Source: a bacterium (lineage in GTDB: Bacteria; Verrucomicrobiota; Kiritimatiellia; SPBP01). Taken from it: a stretch of 58,443 nucleotides of DNA. A program made the position numbers and the translations under genes. The notes under the pieces were generated by a model. That model worked only from the letters and a program-made list of their open reading frames with translations. It had not been told where the DNA came from and searched no databases. Below, in pieces: positions 38,052 through 50,873 of this stretch. The DNA lies in the NCBI GenBank assembly GCA_037135275.1, contig JBAXKQ010000003.1, forward strand, positions 1 through 58,443. Direction: 5' to 3'. Position 1 is the first letter of the stretch; the number at the start of each line of letters is the position of its first letter.

Positions 38052-40916
38052 TCAGCGACGGAATTCCAACCGCTTCACGGGAATGGAGCCAGACACCACC
38101 TCAATGAAAGGCTTGCCCTTCTTCACGCCGACAGTGCCGTATCCTGATCCGGTACATAGAAACGCACGGAAGTCACCTTTGACTTTGGGATCGAGATAGA
38201 GCACCTGATCAACAGCATCATACTGCGCGCCGCTCATGGCCTGCAGCAGGCCATATGAGGACATGGCGCGCGCATACCAGTGGCCGCACTCGTACTCGTC
38301 GAAGGGGTTCCTCCACTGGCCGTCATACCTGTTGCGAACAGCCTGCACAACCGCCAGCCCTTCCTTCACCTGGCCTGTCATGATCAGGTGGGATGCCACC
38401 TGGTATTCTATTCCAGTCCAGACCTCGTCGCTGTACACGAACGGCAGCGCCGGCTTGTCGTCCTTCGGCCACGAGCAGAGCAACAGCCCCCCCTCCTGGG
38501 GAAAGGCGTAGCCCGGCCTCTGCGGATTGGCATGATCGACCAGCGACTCACGGAAGTTGTACTTGAATATCGAGGCAAGATGCCTCGTCGTTTTCTTCTC
38601 ATCCAGCACCGGCCCAAGCCCGCTGCAACGCGCGATCCAGTCGCCCAGCACGCCGTCGGAAAGGCATCCGCCGCCATACTGGTACTTGGGGCCTTCCCGC
38701 TCCAGAATCGCCATTGCTTCAGGCGTGTATTGGCCGACCATCGATTTCACGTCGAGCGGGTTCCCCGCCCGCAACCCCTTCCACTGCACCTTCTGCGCAA
38801 ACCACGCGCCGTTCCACAATGTCCTCGCCATGGCCTTGCGCCCCCTGGCCTGAAGCGCCTCATAGGCGCTCACATCCTCGCCGACTTCCAGCCCCATGGC
38901 AATGGCCGCTGCCAGCGCGCCGAGGTAGAAGCTTGTGCACATGCCGTCCGCACCCCAGAATTCGATGTCATAGGTGTTGTGGTGTGGCTCGACAATGGTG
39001 CCGTTGCGGTCCGGGTCCCAGGTGGCAATGCAATAGTCCAGGCCCTGCTTCGCCGCAGGCCAGAGCTTCTTCATCCAGCCCGTGTCGCCGCTGATGCGCC
39101 ACTCGCGATACAGCTTCATCAACCCGCCAAGCTGGCCATCTGCCGCGGCGTGGAACCAGTGGTCCACCGGCCCGATTGGAAGCGCGGCGCGGAACATCTG
39201 GTGCCCGCGCGCATCCTGGTTGACCAGGAACTCGGTCTCTCGCAAGGTCCGCTCCAGCTCGGGAAACAGGTGCGGAATCGCTTGCGCGTAGTTCCAGACA
39301 TGAGTGCAGGAGCCTGAGCAACAACCGCCGCCGGAATTGCAGCCCTCCCAACCCCAGAGCCGTCCGTCCGCCTGGCGCAGACAGGTGGGTGACTTGATGA
39401 TGGACAGGTTCGCGGCCACCGACTCGATTACTTCGGCGGGCAGCGTGGTATCATAGAAACAGTCGCTGAACAGCGCGCTGGAACTGCGCAGCCGCTCGTA
39501 GTGCTTGCGCCAGTACGCTGCCACCGCCTCGAGATCGCCAAAGCGCGCGGCATACCAGGGAAGGTACTGCCTCGTCTCCGCCCCCGAGCAATTGCAGCCG
39601 GCGCCACAGGTGACCGGCGGCCGCTGGAGACTGACGAAGATTCCCCACCCGTTGCCGCCGGCGCGGTCAAAGGCAACGCAAAGCTCATGCTCGCCCTGGC
39701 TCAGAGCCACGCGGACCTGCGTCCGCGTGGACGTGGCCGGGTTCACCGTACCCGGCGTCACCGCCAGGGCCTTACCGTCGAGAAACACCCGCGCGCCGCC
39801 GTCGTGCCCCACGTGCAGCACACGCTCGCAGTCCGCGTCGATCCGGATGTTTCGCGCAAGGTAGACGATGCCGCCCTGCCCGCGCAGTTCGTGAACATCA
39901 ACCAGACCGGAGGTGGCCACCGGCACGGCTTCCCATCCGATATCTTCGGCCAACCCCATGTACGGCGCATGAGAAATGTCGCCCGCCGGCATCAGGCGCG
40001 AAGCCTGCCATCCGTCGGCGATGAACGGTTCGTCGCCGGGCGGCGTATGGGGCCTGCCTTCCACGCGCACCCCGCTGCGCGGCACATACCAGGCGAACTG
40101 CAGCCGCACGGTCTTCCCCGCACCAGCCTTCAACGTGAACGGCACATAGAGACTCCCACCGCCGCTGGGCGCGCCAGCGGCATGCGGCGGCTGCGACACC
40201 ACGTCTCCCGCTGCCACGTGGTTCCAAACCGTGGTCAGCGAATCGAACCACCCGCCGCGGAACCAGGCGGCATCCACAACGGCCGAGGGGTCGTCGGTGA
40301 AGGCAGCGAAGCGACCCTCAGCATCGGGGGAGCCCTCAACCTGCGGCTGCGCCAGCACAAAACCGTGATCCATGACGCCAACCGTGGCGTCCCCTGATGT
40401 CCGCATGAAGTTCGCCGCATGGAAGGAAAACACCGCCTTGACTGTCTTGGTTGAGTGATTGGTGAAGCGGTACTCGATCGCCGCCACCGGCAGGCTGGAA
40501 TCGTCAGCCGCGCCTGGCGTGAATGGACTCCACCCTGTTAGCTCCGCCGTCACCGGCATGGTTGAGTCGGCCAGCGAAACCGTGGCAAACGGGAAACGCG
40601 CCTGGAACGATGCCTTGGCAAACCGCGGCAGGCCGTAGGTGCGGCCGCCAAATCCGCTGCCGGCTTCCCCGGTGGCGCCCAACACCTTCCACATCGGCAC
40701 CTGCCCCTCCAGAACCCTTGCGGTTTTAGAGCCCTTCACGTACAGGGCGGCAAACACCTGCGGCTCATGGAGCACATCGGGCCTGTGGCGCAGTGAGACC
40801 TGCGAGAGGGCGCCGGTCCCCTCGAGACTGATCATCCCCGCGCCGATTCCGCCCATCGGAAAGGCGACACGACTCAACTTCTCACCTGTTCTGGCTTTCA
40901 CAACCGTGCGTTTCAT
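38052..40916 (-). CDS. GH116 beta-glycosidase with inserted beta-sandwich domain
   Basis: PMGGIGAG, SPFTP, GWEGC...GSCTHVWNY, AADGQ, HNTYD, YSDEVWTG, NPFDEYECGHWYARAMSS motifs. AAGGAG RBS before ATG 40916. Confidence 0.9.
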   Translation of the reverse strand: MKRTVVKARTGEKLSRVAFPMGGIGAGMISLEGTGALSQVSLRHRPDVLHEPQVFAALYVKGSKTARVLEGQVPMWKVLGATGEAGSGFGGRTYGLPRFAKASFQARFPFATVSLADSTMPVTAELTGWSPFTPGAADDSSLPVAAIEYRFTNHSTKTVKAVFSFHAANFMRTSGDATVGVMDHGFVLAQPQVEGSPDAEGRFAAFTDDPSAVVDAAWFRGGWFDSLTTVWNHVAAGDVVSQPPHAAGAPSGGGSLYVPFTLKAGAGKTVRLQFAWYVPRSGVRVEGRPHTPPGDEPFIADGWQASRLMPAGDISHAPYMGLAEDIGWEAVPVATSGLVDVHELRGQGGIVYLARNIRIDADCERVLHVGHDGGARVFLDGKALAVTPGTVNPATSTRTQVRVALSQGEHELCVAFDRAGGNGWGIFVSLQRPPVTCGAGCNCSGAETRQYLPWYAARFGDLEAVAAYWRKHYERLRSSSALFSDCFYDTTLPAEVIESVAANLSIIKSPTCLRQADGRLWGWEGCNSGGGCCSGSCTHVWNYAQAIPHLFPELERTLRETEFLVNQDARGHQMFRAALPIGPVDHWFHAAADGQLGGLMKLYREWRISGDTGWMKKLWPAAKQGLDYCIATWDPDRNGTIVEPHHNTYDIEFWGADGMCTSFYLGALAAAIAMGLEVGEDVSAYEALQARGRKAMARTLWNGAWFAQKVQWKGLRAGNPLDVKSMVGQYTPEAMAILEREGPKYQYGGGCLSDGVLGDWIARCSGLGPVLDEKKTTRHLASIFKYNFRESLVDHANPQRPGYAFPQEGGLLLCSWPKDDKPALPFVYSDEVWTGIEYQVASHLIMTGQVKEGLAVVQAVRNRYDGQWRNPFDEYECGHWYARAMSSYGLLQAMSGAQYDAVDQVLYLDPKVKGDFRAFLCTGSGYGTVGVKKGKPFIEVVSGSIPVKRLEFRR

Positions 40917-41185
40917 CGATTTATTCTCCTTGAATCGCCTGTTTGCAGACACGTCATAAGCGCCATGCCTGCTTGACGAATACTTCCTCCGCCTTTTCAA
41001 GATACTCGCGCTCAGGCCAGACAGAGCCAGTCTCATCTCGCGTTGCTCCAGTCAGCGCGCGGTGTCCAGCCTGTCCAGATGAGATCATCGCCGATAAGAA
41101 TCAGCAGAATCCCGTCACAGTGCTGAAAACGGCATATCTGGTAATGCGCCAGGCTCGCAAAGTCAATGCGGTTCGCAAGCTATCA

Positions 41186-41612
41186 TTAGCGGTGAGTTGA
41201 TTTCAGTTCCCCGCTGATTCCTGCGGCCTCCACAAAACAAGGCAGTGATTCCGGCCAGACAGACGGATCCCAATCCGCCAGCAGTTTCGCGCGCGCGATG
41301 GGATCACTCGACAGAGAGTCAACAGCCCGCTCCAATGCAGCCCAATCGCCCTCAGGGACCAGCACAAAGTCCGCTCCAGCATACTCGGCGGCCAATTCGT
41401 CATCCGTGACACGCCCGGCAAAAGCGACCCCAGGGCCAGATGAGGAGATTGGCCGCTCCGGCCAGCCAGCGCAAACATCCTTTACCCAGCACCAGAAAAG
41501 GCGCGTTGTCGCGGCGCGTTTTCTCAACCGCCTCATCAAACTCCGCCTTTGTAACAGCAGGAGAAGAAGGCAACATTCGCGACGTCAGCCGATCGTCGTG
41601 GTTCAGCGGCAC
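41186..41612 (-). pseudogene. Degenerate GT4 glycosyltransferase C-terminal fragment
   Basis: FLVLGKGCLR in one frame, then VAFAGRVTDDELAAEYAGADFVLVP/EGDWAALERAVDSLSSDPIARAKL in another. The EAMAxG segment is missing. Confidence 0.5.
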
Positions 41613-41636
41613 GTCCAGTCAGGGCCTTGCGGGCGG

Positions 41637-42743
41637 CTAGACCTTTGCCGCCGTCGACTTGGAGGATCTCTCCACCTCCTCGGCCGTAACCTCGCGGTTG
41701 AGCTTGCTTGAGAGATACAGACCTTCGCTGATGAGCATGGTCTGCAACGCTATTTCGGCGGCCGGCAGCAGTGGCACCCTTCCCTGCAGCGCAGCGATCC
41801 AGTGCTGCGGAGGCGAATCGAGGCCGTCCTCGTTCTCGTTGAAAGCGTGGAGGCGGCCGTCGAAGGTGTTGACGTCGAACGAGCAGTCAGTGTCGATATC
41901 GCCCATCGTCGTGTGGAACCCGAACGGCTGCATCCTGATCCCGCCCTCGGACCCGACGACCCAGCTGCTTTCGAACGAATTCATATGGATGGCCCAGGCC
42001 TCTATGATGTCCATGGTAATGCCGCCATCAAAACGCACGAGACCGAGGCCGAGCTCTTCGACATTGTAGCCGCTGATCTTCCGGCGGGTTTCGTCCATTC
42101 GGGTTTCCTGGTATGTCTTGCCGCTGATCCGCTGAACCTTCGGCATCCCGAGCAGGTAGAGCATCTCGGCAATGTGGTAAACACCCATGTCGTACAGCGC
42201 GCCGCCGCTGGCGATCTCCTTTTTCACAAAGTTCATTGCCCACTGTCCGTCGACGTACGGCCTGCCATGCCTTCGGAAGCCGTTGGAGCGGGCGTGGTAG
42301 ATCTTGCCCAGCTTGCCGTCATCGATGAGCCGTTTGGCGATCTTGATTTCCTTGGAAAACAGTGTGAAGAGCTGGATATACAGCTTCCGGCGGCACTTCC
42401 TTGCGACCTCGAGCATCTTCTTGGCGTCGCAGTAGGAACCAGCCATCGGCTTCTCGCAGTAGACGTGCTTGCCTGCTTCCAGGGCCGCAATCGCCACCGG
42501 CGCGTGAAGGTTGTTGTGCAGGCAGACTTCAACCGCGTCGATCTCGTCCATCTTGAGCATATCGCGGAAATTGGTGAAGGTCCTGGGAATCTTGTACCGG
42601 TCGGCGACAGACTTGAGCTCGGCCTCGTTCACGTCCGCCGCGGCGACAATCTTGGCGCCAGGGCACCAGCCGTACTGATCCATGTGGCGCTTCGCCACCT
42701 GCCCCACCCCGACAAAACCAATGCGGATTTCCTTCCGGTCCAT
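41637..42743 (-). CDS. Gfo/Idh/MocA family oxidoreductase
   Basis: IGFVGVG, LHNNLH, GKHVYCEKP, GGALYDMGVYH motifs. AGGAGAGG RBS. Confidence 0.93.
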   Translation of the reverse strand: MDRKEIRIGFVGVGQVAKRHMDQYGWCPGAKIVAAADVNEAELKSVADRYKIPRTFTNFRDMLKMDEIDAVEVCLHNNLHAPVAIAALEAGKHVYCEKPMAGSYCDAKKMLEVARKCRRKLYIQLFTLFSKEIKIAKRLIDDGKLGKIYHARSNGFRRHGRPYVDGQWAMNFVKKEIASGGALYDMGVYHIAEMLYLLGMPKVQRISGKTYQETRMDETRRKISGYNVEELGLGLVRFDGGITMDIIEAWAIHMNSFESSWVVGSEGGIRMQPFGFHTTMGDIDTDCSFDVNTFDGRLHAFNENEDGLDSPPQHWIAALQGRVPLLPAAEIALQTMLISEGLYLSSKLNREVTAEEVERSSKSTAAKV

Positions 42744-42925
42744 AGTATTTCCTCTCCTGTCAGGGGATAGCCCCCTGTCTTGCAGAAAACCACCCCCGCC
42801 GACTCCCGAGCATGACTCTGCGGGGAAAACAAGCCGCGCTGCCGCGGCGACCGCCTCGCCGAAGGACCTGACTCACGCAAAGGATCCTTCAGCAAGACCG
42901 GCATTTTGCCGCCAAATGAAAACGG

Positions 42926-42954
42926 AATGTGGCAATTCGGACGCCGCAAGTCAA
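42926..42954 (-). promoter_or_regulatory. Possible sigma70-like promoter for the Gfo/Idh/MocA gene
   Basis: TTGACT-17 nt-CACATT on the minus strand. Confidence 0.3.
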
Positions 42955-43201
42955 TCTTGTCGTTCCTGTGGCGCAAGTATCCGCAGCCTGCGGCCGCCGA
43001 TACGCCCACAGGCGAAGCGTCCTCCGGCCAGGGTCGTGCCCGTCTTCGCGTTGGAAACGCCGGCCAAATCCAATATGGGCTGATGAATCGTTATCTCGCC
43101 TGATCGCTGCGCCCGGGCACATCGCCTTTCGCCGCTTGAGTTCATCGCGAATCCACCAGGCCGCATGCATCAGCCCTGGCCGCCACGAATGGACTTCGTT
43201 T

Positions 43202-44566
<1,365 letters not shown>

Positions 44567-44734
44567 GAGTAACTCTCTTGTTGTAGTGCTGAGCTCTGCC
44601 GCCGCAATCGTCAATCCTGTGCCGGTGGCAACACACCACCTGTCGCCGGCACCTGTTCCTGTGACCACGGAACTGGCAGTGTAGCCGACTCCCGGCCAAG
44701 AACAAGTCCCGAAACCCCGCGGGGCGGCGCCGGT

Positions 44735-45691
44735 TCAGGTATTCAGCCTGGCAATCAGCCGCTCACGCTCAGCTTGTTCCATCAGTTCACAGGCGCGGGC
44801 CACCCGGACGTTTTCGCGCAACTGTTCCAGAGAAGAGACCGCCGGAATCGCCACTGAGATATTCTCGCTCAAAGCAAAACGCAACAACTCCTCCGCCGTG
44901 GCCTGGCACGGGCCTGAACCCACAAGAGCCGCCGGATCCCCGCCGCCGTACACTTTCATCGCCACAATTCCCATATCCTTCCGCCGGGCCACCGGAAGCT
45001 GCTCTTCGAAGACCGGCCGCGACCTGGCCAAAGGGTTGATGAAACACATGAATGTGTCGAGATCGTCGTAGCGCTCGAGACACTCCTTGACGACGGGGTA
45101 GTCCGGATGACCGGTTACACCAAGGAAACGGATGACCCTCTCCTCGCGCAACCTCCTCATTGCCGCAATGACTCCGCCCGGCTTGCCCAAGGCCGCCACA
45201 TCCTCGCCAGGGTTGATGTGGTGCACCTGCAGAAGGTCGATGACGTCAACGCGCAATTCCCTGAGGCTTTCCTCACACTCGCGCATCGCGCCGTCATAAT
45301 CCCTGGCCTCGACCTTGCCGGCAATGAAGAGGCCGCGCCTACGCGGGGTTCCCATGACAAGGCCGAGATTTGCCTGACTGCGGCCATACCCGTGCGCCGT
45401 GTCGAAGTAGGTGATACCGGAATCAATGGCTTCGTTCAGGATGCGCTCAACCGCATCCTTGTCATCGGTCCTGCTGATCCACATCGCGCCGCCCAGTCCC
45501 AGCGCGCTGACCATGACTCCGGTGCGCCCAAGCCTCCGCCTGGGCAGCAGCCCTTCACACCCGGCCTTGCCACGGCCACCGAGCCGGCCGCCGGCACAGC
45601 CGGTGCCAAGGCCCACGGCCAGCGGCAACGCGACCGATGCCACCGCACCAAGCCTCAGAAATTCACGCCTTGTAAAGGATGGTCTGTTCAT
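44735..45691 (-). CDS. Tat-exported aldo/keto reductase, possible lipoprotein
   Basis: TRREFLRLG twin-arginine motif, hydrophobic stretch, LGTGC. Then LGRTG, YFDTAHGYG, IDLLQVH, GVTGH, VAMK. Confidence 0.88.
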   Translation of the reverse strand: MNRPSFTRREFLRLGAVASVALPLAVGLGTGCAGGRLGGRGKAGCEGLLPRRRLGRTGVMVSALGLGGAMWISRTDDKDAVERILNEAIDSGITYFDTAHGYGRSQANLGLVMGTPRRRGLFIAGKVEARDYDGAMRECEESLRELRVDVIDLLQVHHINPGEDVAALGKPGGVIAAMRRLREERVIRFLGVTGHPDYPVVKECLERYDDLDTFMCFINPLARSRPVFEEQLPVARRKDMGIVAMKVYGGGDPAALVGSGPCQATAEELLRFALSENISVAIPAVSSLEQLRENVRVARACELMEQAERERLIARLNT

Positions 45692-45774
45692 GATCGCAAA
45701 AACCAATTCGGAGCGCCGGTCGGTCAACAAAGCCACAGGCGGCTGGAAGCCTCAGAGAGTCTGAGTCAGCCGGC

Positions 45775-46980
45775 TCACACACCCGGAGAAAGCCCAAGCT
45801 GCGGCTGGCGATGAACCTTGCGCGGACGAGCCTGGAGCCTCTTGATCTCCTGCTCAACCCCTCGCACCCCGGCCGCAGTGTCATAAACCTCGGTCACAAC
45901 CTGCGCCGTGTACGTGGCACCCGGCTGAAGCTTGATCACCCTTCCCTGCTCGCGCTCGAACTGCTTGCTGTTTGGATAGTTGGTGGCGGGTTCAAGCCCG
46001 GTGACGTAGCCTTCACTTCTCCCGCCCGTGCACTTCCATTGCGTGAAACACGGCAGCTGTTTCACATTGAACCTGATGGCCACTCCCTTGTTCCCGGCCG
46101 AATTCTCGAGCATGGCTACCGTATTGCCCTTGCCATCAGCCAGCGGAACGTGCCAGTAACACTGCTCGGCATACCCCGGCGTCGGCGGCAGGTACTCATG
46201 CCACGTGTCGATATCCTCGGACGCGCGCGAATCGCGCGGAGCTGTTTCCGAGGCCGGAATGAGCAGCCTCGATCCCCTGCCGAGGAATGGCTCGCCGAAA
46301 TTGCAGTGGTAGAGCAACTCCAATTCGCCGACAGTGTCCTTCGTGTTCGTCACCTCATCGGTAATCGTCATGGCGTTGGACCCGACCCCGGTGGTGAGGG
46401 TTGCCTTGAGCCTCAATTGAGGACAGAAGAGCATTGCTTCATCAACGATTCCAGTGACACACAGCTCCGGATGCGCACCCGGCTTTACGCTGACCTCTAC
46501 ATAGTGCGCCGGGATGTTGGCTATCCTGCCGTGCAGGCCAAGGGTCACCGGCGACGGCTGCCCCTTGTTGTTGGGCACCATGTCCGTTCCGGGCGCGCCG
46601 TTCGACTCAAGGCCACACCTGACTATCACTTCATTGAAGCCCTGCAGCCAGCCGAGTCCGCCGCGATCCGCGAGGTTTACGAACTTCGGATTCACCGGGC
46701 CTTTGACCGGGGAACTCCATCCCAACCTGTTGCCCTTGTACGCGCAGTCGAGTATCCCCATGCCGCGCGTCGGGAGGATCGTTATCGACATTGTGCCGTT
46801 GTTGACTTCAATGACGTCAACCCCGTCACTGAAGCCGCCGCGAAGCGTATACTTGCGTATGCCAGCCGACGGAAAACCCTTGATTCCAAGGTCAGACGCT
46901 GAAAGCGCCAGGCTTTCAACCCAGACGCCCTTCGAAGTGTCAGTCAACACCCACGATGTCTTCTTTGCTTTGCCCGCCAT
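45775..46980 (-). CDS. Aldose 1-epimerase family protein (DUF4432)
   Basis: LPTRGMGI, LGWSSP, RCGL, LHGRIAN, LYHCNFG, YVTGLEPATNYP motifs. Confidence 0.88.
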   Translation of the reverse strand: MAGKAKKTSWVLTDTSKGVWVESLALSASDLGIKGFPSAGIRKYTLRGGFSDGVDVIEVNNGTMSITILPTRGMGILDCAYKGNRLGWSSPVKGPVNPKFVNLADRGGLGWLQGFNEVIVRCGLESNGAPGTDMVPNNKGQPSPVTLGLHGRIANIPAHYVEVSVKPGAHPELCVTGIVDEAMLFCPQLRLKATLTTGVGSNAMTITDEVTNTKDTVGELELLYHCNFGEPFLGRGSRLLIPASETAPRDSRASEDIDTWHEYLPPTPGYAEQCYWHVPLADGKGNTVAMLENSAGNKGVAIRFNVKQLPCFTQWKCTGGRSEGYVTGLEPATNYPNSKQFEREQGRVIKLQPGATYTAQVVTEVYDTAAGVRGVEQEIKRLQARPRKVHRQPQLGLSPGV

Positions 46981-47027
46981 CGAACCGGTCCTCCAGGTAC
47001 GGCGGCCACCGGCCGCCTCAACGCCAA

Positions 47028-47447
47028 CTATTCATCCGCCGGCAGGCAGAACTCCGCCAGCTTCGTGAGCTCCTGCACAGGGCGCATCACCTTGCCTCCC
47101 GGTGCCATGCACACGTGATCTGTGTAACCGGTGGCAATGATCTCCTCGCCCCTGGTCATCTCGTACTCTATGCGAACCCTGATTCCACGGGTTTCCACGA
47201 TAGTGATATGCACATCCAGCAGGTCATCGAACTTCGCCGGCTTCCTGTAGACGCAGTGCGACTCGACCACCGGGAGCATCACCCCCGCCTTTTCAAGCTC
47301 GCCGTAGGGCATGCCGGCTTTCCGGAGCAATTCCCCGCGCGCCATCTCGAAATAGACAAGGTAGTGTGCGTAGTAGACCACACCCATCTGATCGACATGG
47401 GCGTACGGCACGCGCACGGAGTGTTTGAAGCGCTGTTTCTTTTCCAT
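47028..47447 (-). CDS. Acyl-CoA thioesterase (YbgC/FadM hot-dog family)
   Basis: RVPYAHVDQMGVVYYAHYLVYFEMAR and YRKPAKFDD motifs. Confidence 0.9.
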   Translation of the reverse strand: MEKKQRFKHSVRVPYAHVDQMGVVYYAHYLVYFEMARGELLRKAGMPYGELEKAGVMLPVVESHCVYRKPAKFDDLLDVHITIVETRGIRVRIEYEMTRGEEIIATGYTDHVCMAPGGKVMRPVQELTKLAEFCLPADE

Positions 47448-47707
47448 GGTTCCCCATACTACGCCGCTATACCCGAACGTCAAGCACCGGTGGACACCCC
47501 GAATCCCGAGAGCCTGTCCGTCCTGAGAACGGCCGGATCATTCTCTCCGTCTTGAGCACGGCGCCACCTGGCCCCACGACACCGCGCCGGTAGATGACCC
47601 GGTGGTTATACGGCCAGACGGTTGTGCTTGCCCGGCGTGGCAAAGTGCGGCAGACTCCCCCGCGTGTCAATTACAGACGGCATCACAGACATGGCTGCCA
47701 GGAAACA

Positions 47708-48733
47708 ATGAACAACAACGACTCAGACGTGCGCCGCATCCACAGCGACAGGGCTGCCTGGATCATAATGGCCTGCGTTCTCATGCTCATAATCTACGTC
47801 AGGCTTCTGCCGGCCCTCCTTGCCGGACTCTTCGTCTACGAGTTTGTCAACATGTTGACGCGCCTGATCCACCTCAGCCGCATCACTGGTTACCGGGCAC
47901 GTATCGTCGCTGTTGCTTTCATCGCCATTTGTGTGGTCACCCTAGTAAGCCTCACGGTCCTGGGTCTCGTCGCATTCTTCCGGAGTGAGGCAGGCAGTCT
48001 GCCGGTCCTTCTGACACGGATGGCCGAAATCGTGGACGATTCGAGGCGCTTCCTGCCCTCCTGGATAAAGGAGAGCATGCCGAGCGATACCGAGAGCATG
48101 CGGATCGCGACCGTGGATTGGCTCAAGGCGCATGCCGCCGGGTTGAAGACGATCGGCGAGACCGCGATACGCATCCTGGCCTACATCCTCCTTGGAATGA
48201 TCATAGGCGGCATGATTTCCCTGCGCCGGGCAGGCGCCCCACACGATAGGGGGCCGCTTGCCCATGCGCTGGCGGAACGAGTCACACGCCTTGGAACTGC
48301 ATTTCACAACGTCGTATTTGCACAGGTGCGCATTGCGGCCATAAACGCGTTCCTGACATGGCTGTACCTGGGCGTGTTCCTGCCGTTCGCGGATGTTTCG
48401 CTTCCGTTCACCAAGACTCTGGTTGTAATCACGTTCGTCGCCGGGATGATGCCGGTTGTCGGAAACCTGGTTTCGAACGCGTTCATCGTTGTGGTCAGCC
48501 TCAGCTACTCGCTGCCGGTTGCCGTGAGTTCCCTGGTGTTCCTGATATCAATCCATAAACTCGAGTACTTCCTCAACGCAAAGATAGTCGGGTCGCGCAT
48601 CCGCGCGCAGGCCTGGGAAGTCCTCATCGCCATGCTGGTCATGGAGGTGCTTTTCGGCATTTACGGCCTGATCGCGGCCCCCATCTACTACGCCTATCTC
48701 AAGGACGAGTTGTGTGCCCGCGGCCTGGTTTGA
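47708..48733 (+). CDS. AI-2E family transporter
   Basis: Multi-TM protein with FAQVRIAAIN, PVVGNL, HKLEYFLNAKIVG, GLIAAPIYYAYLK motifs. Confidence 0.88.
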   Translation: MNNNDSDVRRIHSDRAAWIIMACVLMLIIYVRLLPALLAGLFVYEFVNMLTRLIHLSRITGYRARIVAVAFIAICVVTLVSLTVLGLVAFFRSEAGSLPVLLTRMAEIVDDSRRFLPSWIKESMPSDTESMRIATVDWLKAHAAGLKTIGETAIRILAYILLGMIIGGMISLRRAGAPHDRGPLAHALAERVTRLGTAFHNVVFAQVRIAAINAFLTWLYLGVFLPFADVSLPFTKTLVVITFVAGMMPVVGNLVSNAFIVVVSLSYSLPVAVSSLVFLISIHKLEYFLNAKIVGSRIRAQAWEVLIAMLVMEVLFGIYGLIAAPIYYAYLKDELCARGLV

Positions 48734-48917
48734 CCCGCCGCATTCCGAGGACTGACGCCCATGGATAAACATGACCGCAAGATCGTTCGAGCATCAAAGA
48801 CGGAGCAACCAACTGCGGCACTCAACGGCCGGATGACACACTCCCGCATCGCCAAGGATGTGCCAGGGATCGTTTCCGCATTCCCCGCGCAATGAGCCCC
48901 AACCTGACGTGACGACC

Positions 48918-49154
48918 ATGGCAATCAATATATGCATCAACAGGATATTCGCGGTGAACGGGAAGGAATGCGGCTCCCCGGACGAGATGCAAGGGAACAT
49001 CCGCACTACTGATTCGGCCGGTCGCCGGAATGCGATCCCCGGCCGGGCCAGCCCGCTCGATCCGGAGCTCCTGGCCTCACCGCGCCGGCTGCCTGCCATC
49101 GCCGCCGCGACAGTTTGCGTGTTAATCTACTGCTTTTTCTTAGCGCAGCGTTAG
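48918..49154 (+). CDS. Small hypothetical protein with C-terminal TM helix, possibly degenerate
   Basis: 78-aa ORF containing VNGKECGSPDEM and a hydrophobic C-terminus. Ends 22 nt before ettA. Confidence 0.35.
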   Translation: MAINICINRIFAVNGKECGSPDEMQGNIRTTDSAGRRNAIPGRASPLDPELLASPRRLPAIAAATVCVLIYCFFLAQR

Positions 49155-49176
49155 AAACAGAAAGGAAATTCAGATC

Positions 49177-50853
<1,677 letters not shown>

Positions 50854-50873
50854 GGCCCGGGGTCGATGGCAGT

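Noticed and set aside
42744-43201. Short ORFs or an ncRNA in the 458-bp spacer between GH1 and Gfo/Idh/MocA
   Set aside because: No protein motif or recognisable RNA family; only a weak promoter match and one hairpin.
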